Shown: piece after piece, positions 19,847-28,506 of the stretch
Layout: each line of letters begins with the position of its first letter
Numbering within the stretch: position 1 is the first letter of the stretch
IMG/VR virus record: IMGVR_UViG_3300044796_000662
Span: 124,001-188,000 of that record
Length of the DNA: 64,000 nt
Direction: 5' to 3' (one strand)
Made by a program: the position numbers and the translations under genes
Notes under the pieces: model-generated
Databases searched by the model: none
What the model saw: only the letters and a program-made list of their open reading frames with translations
Told to the model about the DNA's origin: nothing

Positions 19847-22800
19847 TCAGGCGCTCGCGTAAGTGATGTTGAAATTACCGAGGGTGATGTATTCGACCTG
19901 GGCCGCTGTGATGTCGTGCGCTCCGGTCTGGCCGCTCACGATGTATGTCACCGTGTAGACGTGATTCGTGGGCACGTCCGCAGGGGATCCTGCGTTCGAG
20001 AGCGAGACGACCACGTGATTCGCGGTGAGCAAGAGACGCTGGGCCAAGATGGCAGCCGGAGTGGTGAAGCCCTGAGCTATGAGGGTGGCGTCGTCCGAGT
20101 ACCCGAGGATGCTTGCGCCCTCGCTACCGATGATCCACCCCTGGTTGGCGGCAAGACAGACTTGTGCGAGCGAAGCCGCGTTCGTGAGCTGCACGTCATC
20201 CTGGAAGACGCCGTGCGTCTGCGTCGGCAAACCCCCGTTGTCGGTCGTGGGGTTCTCCAGAGCAGCCGTCAGGATGAAGGCGTTGTTACCACCGATGTCC
20301 AGCGAGGCTACGGACTCGAAGGCAGAGTTGACCGCCTCTCGAAGCTTGATCGACCCGTCCGCGTACCCCATCGTCGCGAAGGGCAGGACGTTGAAGGACA
20401 CACCCGACTGGTCATTGATGGCGCCGTCCACGTTCGACTGCGCTACACCCTGGCCGATGAGCTTCGTGTTGAGCACGATGCTCACCGCCGACCGGATCTC
20501 GGCGTCCACGGTGGACTGGCTCGCGCCCGCCTTGAGCTGGACAGTGGTCTCGATGTTGACGTTGTTGTCGATCGCCTGCTTCACGAGCACGTCGGCCGTG
20601 ACGTGGCGCTTCGTGTTCACGACCTCTTGGAGCTGCTGGAGCAGGTCGTTGATGACGTAGGTGACCGTGAAGTTCTCGTCGTGCGTGTAGTCCACGCTCA
20701 CGGTCTGGCCGCTGACGATCGTGGAGGTGGCCGTCCGGATGATGAGCGCCGGCGTCGTGGGCGTTCCCTGGATGATGTCGTAGTCGGGGGTCGGGCTGGA
20801 CGGACCGTTGTACTCGATCGTTCTGTCTGCCGAGTAGACGGCGATCGTGTCCGTGTTGATGCCCACGTTGCTGAGGGGCACCTGGAAGAACCCGATGATG
20901 ACGTGCGTCTCGTTGTTGACCTGGATCGGCGAACCGCTCGGAATGCCGTTGTACTGGACAAGGGTGAGGTTGTCGGTCGCGATCGTGGACTGCCCCGTGA
21001 TGAGCGGGTCGTCAGACTGGTCGAAGATGATGTTGTGCGTGAGGTCGAGCGGTCCGGCAATCTCGCCGACAACCGAGACGATCCTGCGCACGGGCTGGTA
21101 GCTGAAGGTGAAGGTGTTGACCGACTGGAAGCGGTAGTCCACCTCGATGACGTCGTCGATGTGGGTAGTCGGCTGATCCGGTAGCGCAGCGTTGAGCTGG
21201 AATGTGTTGTAGGAGAGGATCGTGGCTCCCGTGAGGTCGTACGCGATCCCTTGCGTCACGTTGAACACGCCCTGACCAGGGCCGCTCAAGATCTCCGTGA
21301 TGGGGGTGCTCGGAGTCACACGCGAGTCGAGCACCTGGAAGACGAGCGTCGAGATGTTGATGATCTCGACAGGGATGTTGAGCGCGAGCTGGTAGGTGAA
21401 GGCGAACGTCTCCGTGATGTTGCGCTCGTTGACGCCCTGGACCCAGATGTCCACCTTGCCGCCGATGTGCTTGTGGCGAACCGGGTCGTAGTCCCGCATC
21501 ATGAGGGGATCGCCGCTCTTGACGACCAGCGCCTTGATGATGCCGATCTGCGAGGCTGCCGTGAGGGCGTAACCGCCTTGGGTCCCTGTATCGACGGCCT
21601 GGAAGCCGAGCATGGCACGAGCGGCTAGATCCTCGTTGGTCTCCACGTCCGTGCCGAAGACCGTTGAGGACTCGTTGACGACACTGACGCCCGCCACACC
21701 AGAGATCGAGGTGATGGTGCCTGCGGACCTATTACCGTCAGCGCCCGCCTGCGTGGCCACGATGTCGGCCACAATCTCGTAGCGTTGCGTCGAGAAGTTG
21801 TAGTACGCCTGGGAGTTCTCCGCGGGCAGCGTGTACGAACCTGCGATGAGGAACGGCCACGCAGGGAGGTTCTGCGAGCTGTCAGCCGACGCGGTCACGA
21901 TGGTGCCGGCTGGGATGACGATGTCCAGAAGGGGACGAGTCGGCGTGTAGATGACCACCTGACCGACCGCAGGAGCGCCAGGCAAGCGTGTCTTGTCTAC
22001 GTTCGCCGCGAGCTTGTCGTACTGCGTGTCGATGAGCGACTGCGTCTGGTCGTCGGTCGTGGCGCCGATGGCTGCCTTGAGGGCCGACTTGTACGGGCTC
22101 GACGCCACCGCATCCGGCATCCCGTTGCCCGTGGTGTCGTCGATCTGAATGAGCGTGAGGAAGCTCTGCGACCTGTGGATGAAGTCGAGCAGGAACCAGA
22201 GACGCTCAGCCTCGCTAGCGAACGGGTCGATCGAGACGTCACGGGACGTGGAGCCTGGGATGAGTGCGACGCTCGCGTTCACCCGTTGGATGGCTGTGAT
22301 GTAGTCGGTCGTGATCTGCGCTGCGGTGCGGCCCGGCAAGTCCAGGATCGCCGTGTCGATGGTGAGAGGTGTGCCGAGTACCTCTTGCGAGTACGGGGTC
22401 TCGACCTCCTGGTTCAACACGCTGTCGAAGAAGACCGCCGTGACCACGTAGTAGAGCGGGTCACTGTTCGAGACATTGGCGAACTGGTCGGAGTTGATGA
22501 TCCCCGTGCCGCCGCTTCGGGTGTGCGTGAACGAGATGAAGTTGTTGAACTGGTAGCTCTGGAGGTTGCTGCTGTACCGCAGCTTCGGCCCGAGCGCACC
22601 GGCCGGGTAGGACTTGTCGAAGCGGACGTTGAGTAGGTTGCCGAAGTTGTCCGTCTCCGTCACCTGGATGCGGATGTTCTTGAGCGTGGTGTTGTCCCAA
22701 GTCGCAATATCTTGCGCGGAAGAGACGTCATCCTCTTCGTAGACCGTGGGCGTGGTCACGGGGGACTGATTGACGAGGAAGTACCCGGTGGCGCCGCCCG

Positions 22801-23332
22801 GAGTCGTAGAGGCGTAGAAGTTGAACCCCTGGAACGTCGTGCTCGGCGGTACCACCAGCGTTGCTGGGTTCGAGACGAGCGACGACGGGTTCGTGATCGT
22901 TGCGGTGTTTGAGACCAGGTTCGGCTGGATGGCCTGGATGTTGACGGAGCCGTTCGCGCGCACCACGCGCACGCCCGTGGGGATGAGCGTGGACACGTCG
23001 TTGACCGTGAGCACGTACGTCACGGTCGCCGTAGAGGTTGCGCTCACGGCACCGAGGATGTCGATCGCTCGGATGGCGATGGTGTTGACGCCAAGGGCGA
23101 GCGCGAGACCCGAGGGGTAGGAGTTCGGGTTCGGGATCGTGAAGGTCTGCTGGTCGAACAGGATGAGCGTGGGGTCGGACGAAAACGCCGACCCGTTCAC
23201 GGAGATCTGAAGCGCCACGGTATCGACCGTGACTGTTCCCGTGATCACGATCGCGCTCTCGTTCGTGGAGAACACGAGCGACGTGGTGTATCCGAGTCCG
23301 TTTCTGAGTGCGATTTGGGGAGCGGTTGCCAT
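19847..23332 (-). CDS. Baseplate J-like wedge protein (T4 gp6-like), 1161 aa with insertions
   Basis: PGSTSRDVSIDPFA, ATQAGADGN...I, GTDVETNEDLAARA, GGKVDIWVQG. Confidence 0.85.
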   Translation of the reverse strand: MATAPQIALRNGLGYTTSLVFSTNESAIVITGTVTVDTVALQISVNGSAFSSDPTLILFDQQTFTIPNPNSYPSGLALALGVNTIAIRAIDILGAVSATSTATVTYVLTVNDVSTLIPTGVRVVRANGSVNIQAIQPNLVSNTATITNPSSLVSNPATLVVPPSTTFQGFNFYASTTPGGATGYFLVNQSPVTTPTVYEEDDVSSAQDIATWDNTTLKNIRIQVTETDNFGNLLNVRFDKSYPAGALGPKLRYSSNLQSYQFNNFISFTHTRSGGTGIINSDQFANVSNSDPLYYVVTAVFFDSVLNQEVETPYSQEVLGTPLTIDTAILDLPGRTAAQITTDYITAIQRVNASVALIPGSTSRDVSIDPFASEAERLWFLLDFIHRSQSFLTLIQIDDTTGNGMPDAVASSPYKSALKAAIGATTDDQTQSLIDTQYDKLAANVDKTRLPGAPAVGQVVIYTPTRPLLDIVIPAGTIVTASADSSQNLPAWPFLIAGSYTLPAENSQAYYNFSTQRYEIVADIVATQAGADGNRSAGTITSISGVAGVSVVNESSTVFGTDVETNEDLAARAMLGFQAVDTGTQGGYALTAASQIGIIKALVVKSGDPLMMRDYDPVRHKHIGGKVDIWVQGVNERNITETFAFTYQLALNIPVEIINISTLVFQVLDSRVTPSTPITEILSGPGQGVFNVTQGIAYDLTGATILSYNTFQLNAALPDQPTTHIDDVIEVDYRFQSVNTFTFSYQPVRRIVSVVGEIAGPLDLTHNIIFDQSDDPLITGQSTIATDNLTLVQYNGIPSGSPIQVNNETHVIIGFFQVPLSNVGINTDTIAVYSADRTIEYNGPSSPTPDYDIIQGTPTTPALIIRTATSTIVSGQTVSVDYTHDENFTVTYVINDLLQQLQEVVNTKRHVTADVLVKQAIDNNVNIETTVQLKAGASQSTVDAEIRSAVSIVLNTKLIGQGVAQSNVDGAINDQSGVSFNVLPFATMGYADGSIKLREAVNSAFESVASLDIGGNNAFILTAALENPTTDNGGLPTQTHGVFQDDVQLTNAASLAQVCLAANQGWIIGSEGASILGYSDDATLIAQGFTTPAAILAQRLLLTANHVVVSLSNAGSPADVPTNHVYTVTYIVSGQTGAHDITAAQVEYITLGNFNITYASA

Positions 23333-23335
23333 GGG

Positions 23336-24484
23336 TCACCCGGTGAGGACGAAGCCGCTGAGCGACTGCCGAATGAGACCCTGCTGGGCAGTCGAACCAA
23401 GCAGGTTGAGTGGTTGGGGCAGAATCAAACCGCGAGTGATCTGAATCGGCTTGGTTGATCGGTTCTGTATCGTCATCGACACGTAGAGCAGCGTTGGATC
23501 GGACGTGTCTTGAGTGACCGTCGTCTGAAGGAGCCTGTAGGGGTACTCCTCGTCAGAGAGGTACTGCCCGACGACCGTCTCCTGTTGCTGCTTGATTGAC
23601 TGCCAGCGGGTGAACGTCGTCGTGATGTCCGTCACGATCTGGTTCTGAAGGATGCTGCCGTTCGCGATCTTCTTGCCAACGGTATCGACGATGTACGTCC
23701 CGTACCACGTGTGGAACGGGTTGGACCCGCGCCGCGTGAACATGAGCTTCTGGGTCTCTTGGAGAAGCAGAGCTTCGTCCGTGACGTTCGCTGTCTCGCC
23801 TGTGTTGCCGTAGCGCCAGTCGTTCTCGTAGTTCAGCCCACCGCACCGCCGGCAGTCCTGGTACTGCGTCGTGTACGAGACCTGTACGAAGTCGTTGTAG
23901 CCCTTGAGGGGCTCATCGAAGACGATGAGACGCGTCGGCCGCGGTGACACTGAGGTCGAGGGATCGATGACCAGGCTCCACCCTGGCGCCACCTGACGTC
24001 CTCGATACTCGCGGCCGGTCTGGATGCCGAACGTAGCCGCCAGAGTGCTTGTCGAGCTGACGTAGATGCTTGCCCCCGTGCCCATCCCTGCGGTCACGAG
24101 GCCGATCTGCGAACCATTGGTCGTGAAGGCGAACTCAGTCCCAGCCTGCTGGTTCAAGATCTGAATGAGCTGGCCAGCCTGCATACGGTTGGTCGCCGGA
24201 GCAGTGATGGTGATGGACGGCCCCTGATTCACTGAGACCACCATCGTGTCGTTGACCCCGGTCGTGATGGTGAACGGCCCCACAACCGTCCCCGTCGTCG
24301 AGGCTGGAACCTGCACGCCGTACGAGGGGATCTGGTAGGAGCCGTTGTACAGAACCGAGACCGACTGGATGTTCGAGATCGGCTTGAGCGGCACCACCGT
24401 CTGGTGGTCGAGGGGGCTCACGAAAAGCGCCTCGTCCACGACGAAGTGTGGGCACACCTGGTCGATCTGGCGGTCGTAGCTCAC
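23336..24484 (-). CDS. Baseplate gp25/gpW-like sheath initiator with N-terminal extension
   Basis: LLLQETQKLMFTRRGSNPFHTWYGT matches the gp25 L.T..GE.PF...YG pattern; GTG start overlapping upstream stop (GTGA). Confidence 0.75.
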   Translation of the reverse strand: MSYDRQIDQVCPHFVVDEALFVSPLDHQTVVPLKPISNIQSVSVLYNGSYQIPSYGVQVPASTTGTVVGPFTITTGVNDTMVVSVNQGPSITITAPATNRMQAGQLIQILNQQAGTEFAFTTNGSQIGLVTAGMGTGASIYVSSTSTLAATFGIQTGREYRGRQVAPGWSLVIDPSTSVSPRPTRLIVFDEPLKGYNDFVQVSYTTQYQDCRRCGGLNYENDWRYGNTGETANVTDEALLLQETQKLMFTRRGSNPFHTWYGTYIVDTVGKKIANGSILQNQIVTDITTTFTRWQSIKQQQETVVGQYLSDEEYPYRLLQTTVTQDTSDPTLLYVSMTIQNRSTKPIQITRGLILPQPLNLLGSTAQQGLIRQSLSGFVLTG

Positions 24485-25227
24485 TGGCTGTCCAATCCGT
24501 CGTTGGGGGTCACGTAGCCCTGGAAGGCGCGGTAGAACCCATCGACCACGGTACGAGCCGGCCCCGGTTCGAGGCCGATGTACGGCGCGTAGGCGTAGTT
24601 GCCGGTCGGGTCCTGCCCCTTGTCGTCAGCGATGGCGCGGTAGTTCTGGCTGGTGATGAGGGCGTTGATCGCAGCGATGAGATTGGCGAGGGACCCTGTG
24701 GTCGTCGCATCCCCCTGGATGGTGTTGAGGAGCTGCGCCTCGGCTGCGAGCTGGTCGGCGTAGTCGAGAGCGCGGCGGATCTTGCGCTCGATGGCCTCCC
24801 GCTTGTACTGGATGCTGTCGTTCATCCACGCGCGGATCTGCTGCACGGGGATGGCCGAGTCGGCATCCATGAGCCCTTGCGTGCCCACGACCTTGCCGTT
24901 GCTGATGAGCTGCGCCGAATGGGACTCATCCCCCTTCATGAGGAAGAGCGCTTGCGTCTGCGACTGACGAAGAGGCAGGTCGTAGAACGCGTCACCCCCA
25001 AGGATCTCGTAGACCGCGAACAGACGTCCGATATACGAGTCCGGGTCGCTGACGGCATAGCTGACCACCACGGACTGGTTGAACTGGAACAGAACGTTCC
25101 CCACCCGGGCCTGCTCCGCCGCAAGGTGGGCCAGCCGTCCAGGGATGTCCGCAAGCTGCGCTTGCGCGAACGTCTGGAGCCGCTTGAATTGCGACGCATT
25201 GAACGTTCCCAAGAAGTCCCAAGCCAA
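24481..25227 (-). CDS. Hypothetical baseplate-associated helical protein, 248 aa
   Basis: Operon position, GC3-biased codons, coiled-coil segment EAIERKIRRALDYADQLAAE; TTG start. Confidence 0.65.
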   Translation of the reverse strand: MAWDFLGTFNASQFKRLQTFAQAQLADIPGRLAHLAAEQARVGNVLFQFNQSVVVSYAVSDPDSYIGRLFAVYEILGGDAFYDLPLRQSQTQALFLMKGDESHSAQLISNGKVVGTQGLMDADSAIPVQQIRAWMNDSIQYKREAIERKIRRALDYADQLAAEAQLLNTIQGDATTTGSLANLIAAINALITSQNYRAIADDKGQDPTGNYAYAPYIGLEPGPARTVVDGFYRAFQGYVTPNDGLDSQ

Positions 25228-25229
25228 AA

Positions 25230-26009
25230 CTAACTCCTCGCGTGACGGGTCAGGTACTCAGCAGCTCGTAGAAGAAGGTCAGGGACGTCCTTGAAAAACC
25301 CCAAGCCTCTGTTGCAATGGGCGCACAAGAGGGATCGCATTTTGCCGGTGCGGTGGTCGTGATCGGCATGAACAGAATTTGGGTTTTTCCCGGTCTTGGA
25401 CATCGGGGTGCGACAGATGGCGCAGCACCCTTCCTGCGCCTGCCACATCTGCTCGAACTGCCCAGACGACCATCCAGAACGGCGACGCCTCTCAGCGTCA
25501 AGCCGTTCCTTTCGGTACACTTCGTCGTTTTGGTACTTGGCCCCGTTCACCTCTGACGTACAACTTCGGCAGACGGAAGTACGACAGCCCTCCCCGTAAA
25601 AGGCCCCACGGGGCAGATCGTTTCTACAGACCGAGCAAACCTTAGTCGGCTTGGAGGGTTTGGGGGTCCGACCAGAGGGACGTCTTGCAATACCCTGTCG
25701 CAGCAAGACATTCCGAATGGTGCCAACCGATAGCTTGTGATGTGTTGCGAGGGTCTCCAGAGACAAACCCCTTTGGTACCCTTCTGCAATAGCCAGAGCG
25801 GTCTCTGAACTGACCTTCGATCCCACTGGTCGCGTTAGACGACCATGCACCTCTTCGGCGCTGAGAGGGTAGTCCCTCAACCAAACGCTCAAGGATGCGG
25901 TGGAGACACCCGTGCATCTTGAAATGTCTGCAAGAGACAGGCGTTCTTCCAGACGTAGCCGGAGAGCTTCCGCCTTCTCCTCGGACGTTCTACGGACCCC
26001 TCTGGGCAT
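25230..26009 (-). CDS. Free-standing Endonuclease VII-type HNH homing endonuclease with two HTH-like domains
   Basis: QEGCCAICR...VHADHDHRTGKMRSLLCAHCNRGLGFFKD is the Endo VII signature; CxxC...CxxC zinc finger; N-terminal HTH-like segments; visibly lower GC than flanks. Confidence 0.9.
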   Translation of the reverse strand: MPRGVRRTSEEKAEALRLRLEERLSLADISRCTGVSTASLSVWLRDYPLSAEEVHGRLTRPVGSKVSSETALAIAEGYQRGLSLETLATHHKLSVGTIRNVLLRQGIARRPSGRTPKPSKPTKVCSVCRNDLPRGAFYGEGCRTSVCRSCTSEVNGAKYQNDEVYRKERLDAERRRRSGWSSGQFEQMWQAQEGCCAICRTPMSKTGKNPNSVHADHDHRTGKMRSLLCAHCNRGLGFFKDVPDLLLRAAEYLTRHARS

Positions 26010-26022
26010 TGAATCCCCTGTT

Positions 26023-26049
26023 GATAAAGGGAGCCCATAAAGAGAAAAG
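26023..26049 (-). promoter_or_regulatory. Tandem candidate promoter variants (CTCTTTATGGG, CCCTTTATC) upstream of the homing endonuclease
   Basis: Two CTTTAT cores in a 43-nt AT-rich gap. Confidence 0.35.
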
Positions 26050-26052
26050 CCG

Positions 26053-28281
26053 TTAGAAGATCAGGCCAAAGGCCGTAGCAAAGGGCCCGGGATCCACGGC
26101 CACGTACGCCAGGGCGATACCGGCCGAGTAGCCCCCCGGCCCGCTCGGGGGGACGGTCCCGGTCGCGTTGTCGATCTGGGAGAACCAGTCGAAGACGCTT
26201 CCGCTGCTCTGAACCGAGAGCAGGTAGAACCCCACGGACAGGCTGAGGATGAAGTCGAGGATGCTGATCAGGAACTCGATGAACTGCTCCAAGACCGTGA
26301 TCTTGCGCTCGATAGCGGAGATGAACTCCGCGATCTCCTCGAAGATCCCCTTGAAGGCGTCCACGAGAGCCTGAATCTTGGCGATCAGGTCGTATACGAG
26401 CTGACCCACCCAGGGGATGAGATCCCTCAAGATGCTGATCCGAACCCAGTCCGGCGGCACACCCCCATGCAGGAAGTTCGTCACGTACTGGAGCGCGAAC
26501 TGAATGTTCTTGCGGCAGCTCGGATCCTTGTACGCTGCGATGTACGCCTGGTAGGTGTCGAGGGTGTAGTTACCGTCCGCGTCGAGAGCGATGATGTTCG
26601 CGCAGAGCTGTTGAAGGTTCGTCGCGTCCTTGATCTGCCGAACCGATGGCGTCAGGGGTCCACGTGGGAAGGCCCCCTGCATGACTTGCTGGAAGCCGGA
26701 AGTGGCTGCATAGCCCTGCTCCAAGAAGGCCGAGCCCACGACGCCCGCAAGGCGGTTCGCCTGTAGACGTACGAGCTTGTTCTGGAAAGGCTGCTGTACT
26801 TCCACGCCGCCGTTCGTAGGAAGTGGCGAGTTGGGGGTCAGGGCGCTGACCGTAGCGTTGTCAGCGTTGGACGTGACCTCCGGTTGCAGGAGGAGACCCC
26901 CAAGAACGCCCGCGTACCGGGTGAGGGTGCCCTTACCGATGGCCCAAGGCGGGGTAGTTCCCGTGGGGTTGCCCGCGGCATCGAAGGTGTCCTGTGGGAC
27001 GCTCGCCCCCGTACCGTCCTTTTGCCCGGCCTGTGTGACCGGCGCCTGGAAGTTGAGCGCGAAGCCTGCGATGAACAGGTTCGTGAGGTTCTGAATGACG
27101 TCGAAGTTCGGCGGGATTTTGGGGACTCTGACGCGGAAGATGCCGCTCGGGTTGCCCACGACAACGTTATCCCCCGGCCACGGCAAGTACCACTTGCGAG
27201 TCTTGGGGTTCTGTAGAGGGGTAGTGGCCCAGTTGAGCTGCGTCCCGTTGATGTCCAAAGTGCCCGTGTAGGCGCGCAGACGGTAGTAGTAGGTCTGATC
27301 CGACTGGATGTTCTCCGTGTCGAACCACTGGATGAAGCCGAGTTCCCCGATGAGCCCATTGAGGATCGTCGTGAGGATGTTCCCGCTGTCGTCTCCGAGC
27401 GTGAGCGTTTGGTACGTGTCGAACTTGATGATCGGCTCACCATGGTCGTCGGTGAGGTGGATCGTCTGGTTGTAGAACTGTCCCGGGATACCGCGAGTCT
27501 CGTGCAGCGTGGGCACGCTTGCCGTGACGCGACCGACACCACTAGCGCCAACGTCGATGTCGTTGTTGATGGGGGTCGAGCTGCGTTCGATGAGCCACTG
27601 CGGCGGGATGAACTCGTTGGCAACGATACCCGCGAGGTCCGTGAATCCGGGGTCGGGGGGCTGCATACCACCGCCAAGAGTCCACGAGAGCGAGACTGCG
27701 TTGGCCTGAATCGAGAACGCCTTCGCGAGGCTGTTGATCGGTTGGACGGGAGTGGTGTTGTTGTTGACCGGGAAGATCTTCACGTTCGCCGGCGCAGCGA
27801 AGCGCGGCATGATGAAATCGCGAGAGAAGAACTTGAGCAGGATCTTGATGAGACGCAGGAGTCCGACCGGGCCGACCGCATCCGCGACGAGCAAGATGAA
27901 TCCGCTCTGTGTCGCCCCTGCGATGGGCTGCGGACGGTTCGGGTCACGCGAGTCGAGCAGCGATCCCTTGAACCGGCCCGTGAACGCTTGGTAGCCGCCC
28001 ACGTACTTGAAGAAGTTGGGGTCTTTCGTTGGGTCTGGGATGTCGAAGTAGGCGTAGAGCCCTGTCTGATCGAGCGCCTGGACGAGGGTCTCGATGAGCT
28101 GGATGAGGGCCTTGACGAGCGCCTCGATGGGGTTGAGCAGCGCGAGAAGAAACGCCTTGACCGTTTCGAGGATGGTCTTGAGCACTTCCAGGAAAACGAG
28201 AAGCGTCTCCAGAACGTTCCGCACCGGCTCCAGGAGGTCCTGGCCGGGGAGCTGAATAGAGAAGCCTTCCCAGGATGCCAT
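26053..28281 (-). CDS. Baseplate-region protein with long amphipathic helices at both ends and an FN3-like middle
   Basis: LEPVRNVLETLLVFLEVLKTIL... and IAKIQALVDAFKGIFEEIAEF...; VSLSWT and YYYRLRAY FN3-like motifs. Confidence 0.55.
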   Translation of the reverse strand: MASWEGFSIQLPGQDLLEPVRNVLETLLVFLEVLKTILETVKAFLLALLNPIEALVKALIQLIETLVQALDQTGLYAYFDIPDPTKDPNFFKYVGGYQAFTGRFKGSLLDSRDPNRPQPIAGATQSGFILLVADAVGPVGLLRLIKILLKFFSRDFIMPRFAAPANVKIFPVNNNTTPVQPINSLAKAFSIQANAVSLSWTLGGGMQPPDPGFTDLAGIVANEFIPPQWLIERSSTPINNDIDVGASGVGRVTASVPTLHETRGIPGQFYNQTIHLTDDHGEPIIKFDTYQTLTLGDDSGNILTTILNGLIGELGFIQWFDTENIQSDQTYYYRLRAYTGTLDINGTQLNWATTPLQNPKTRKWYLPWPGDNVVVGNPSGIFRVRVPKIPPNFDVIQNLTNLFIAGFALNFQAPVTQAGQKDGTGASVPQDTFDAAGNPTGTTPPWAIGKGTLTRYAGVLGGLLLQPEVTSNADNATVSALTPNSPLPTNGGVEVQQPFQNKLVRLQANRLAGVVGSAFLEQGYAATSGFQQVMQGAFPRGPLTPSVRQIKDATNLQQLCANIIALDADGNYTLDTYQAYIAAYKDPSCRKNIQFALQYVTNFLHGGVPPDWVRISILRDLIPWVGQLVYDLIAKIQALVDAFKGIFEEIAEFISAIERKITVLEQFIEFLISILDFILSLSVGFYLLSVQSSGSVFDWFSQIDNATGTVPPSGPGGYSAGIALAYVAVDPGPFATAFGLIF

Positions 28282-28284
28282 CTG

Positions 28285-28506
28285 TCATGCCCCGTACGTG
28301 AGCTTGCGCAACTTCTTGCGCTGGCGGTCGATCTCCAACCGCGTGGTCTTGATCGTCTCGTTGATGATCGTGCGCATGTGGCCGATGATGGCGAATTCCT
28401 GCTTGTACTGCCACTGCGCCCGAGGCTCAGCAGCGGCCTCAGGTTCAGGAGCAGGCGCCTCGGGGGCCGCCGCTTGCTCTTCGGGGATCTTGGGTTCGTC
28501 GCTCAT
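28285..28506 (-). CDS. Small hypothetical protein, 73 aa
   Basis: ATGA overlap upstream, 3-nt gap downstream; acidic Pro/Ala N-terminus, basic helical C-terminus. Confidence 0.65.
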   Translation of the reverse strand: MSDEPKIPEEQAAAPEAPAPEPEAAAEPRAQWQYKQEFAIIGHMRTIINETIKTTRLEIDRQRKKLRKLTYGA

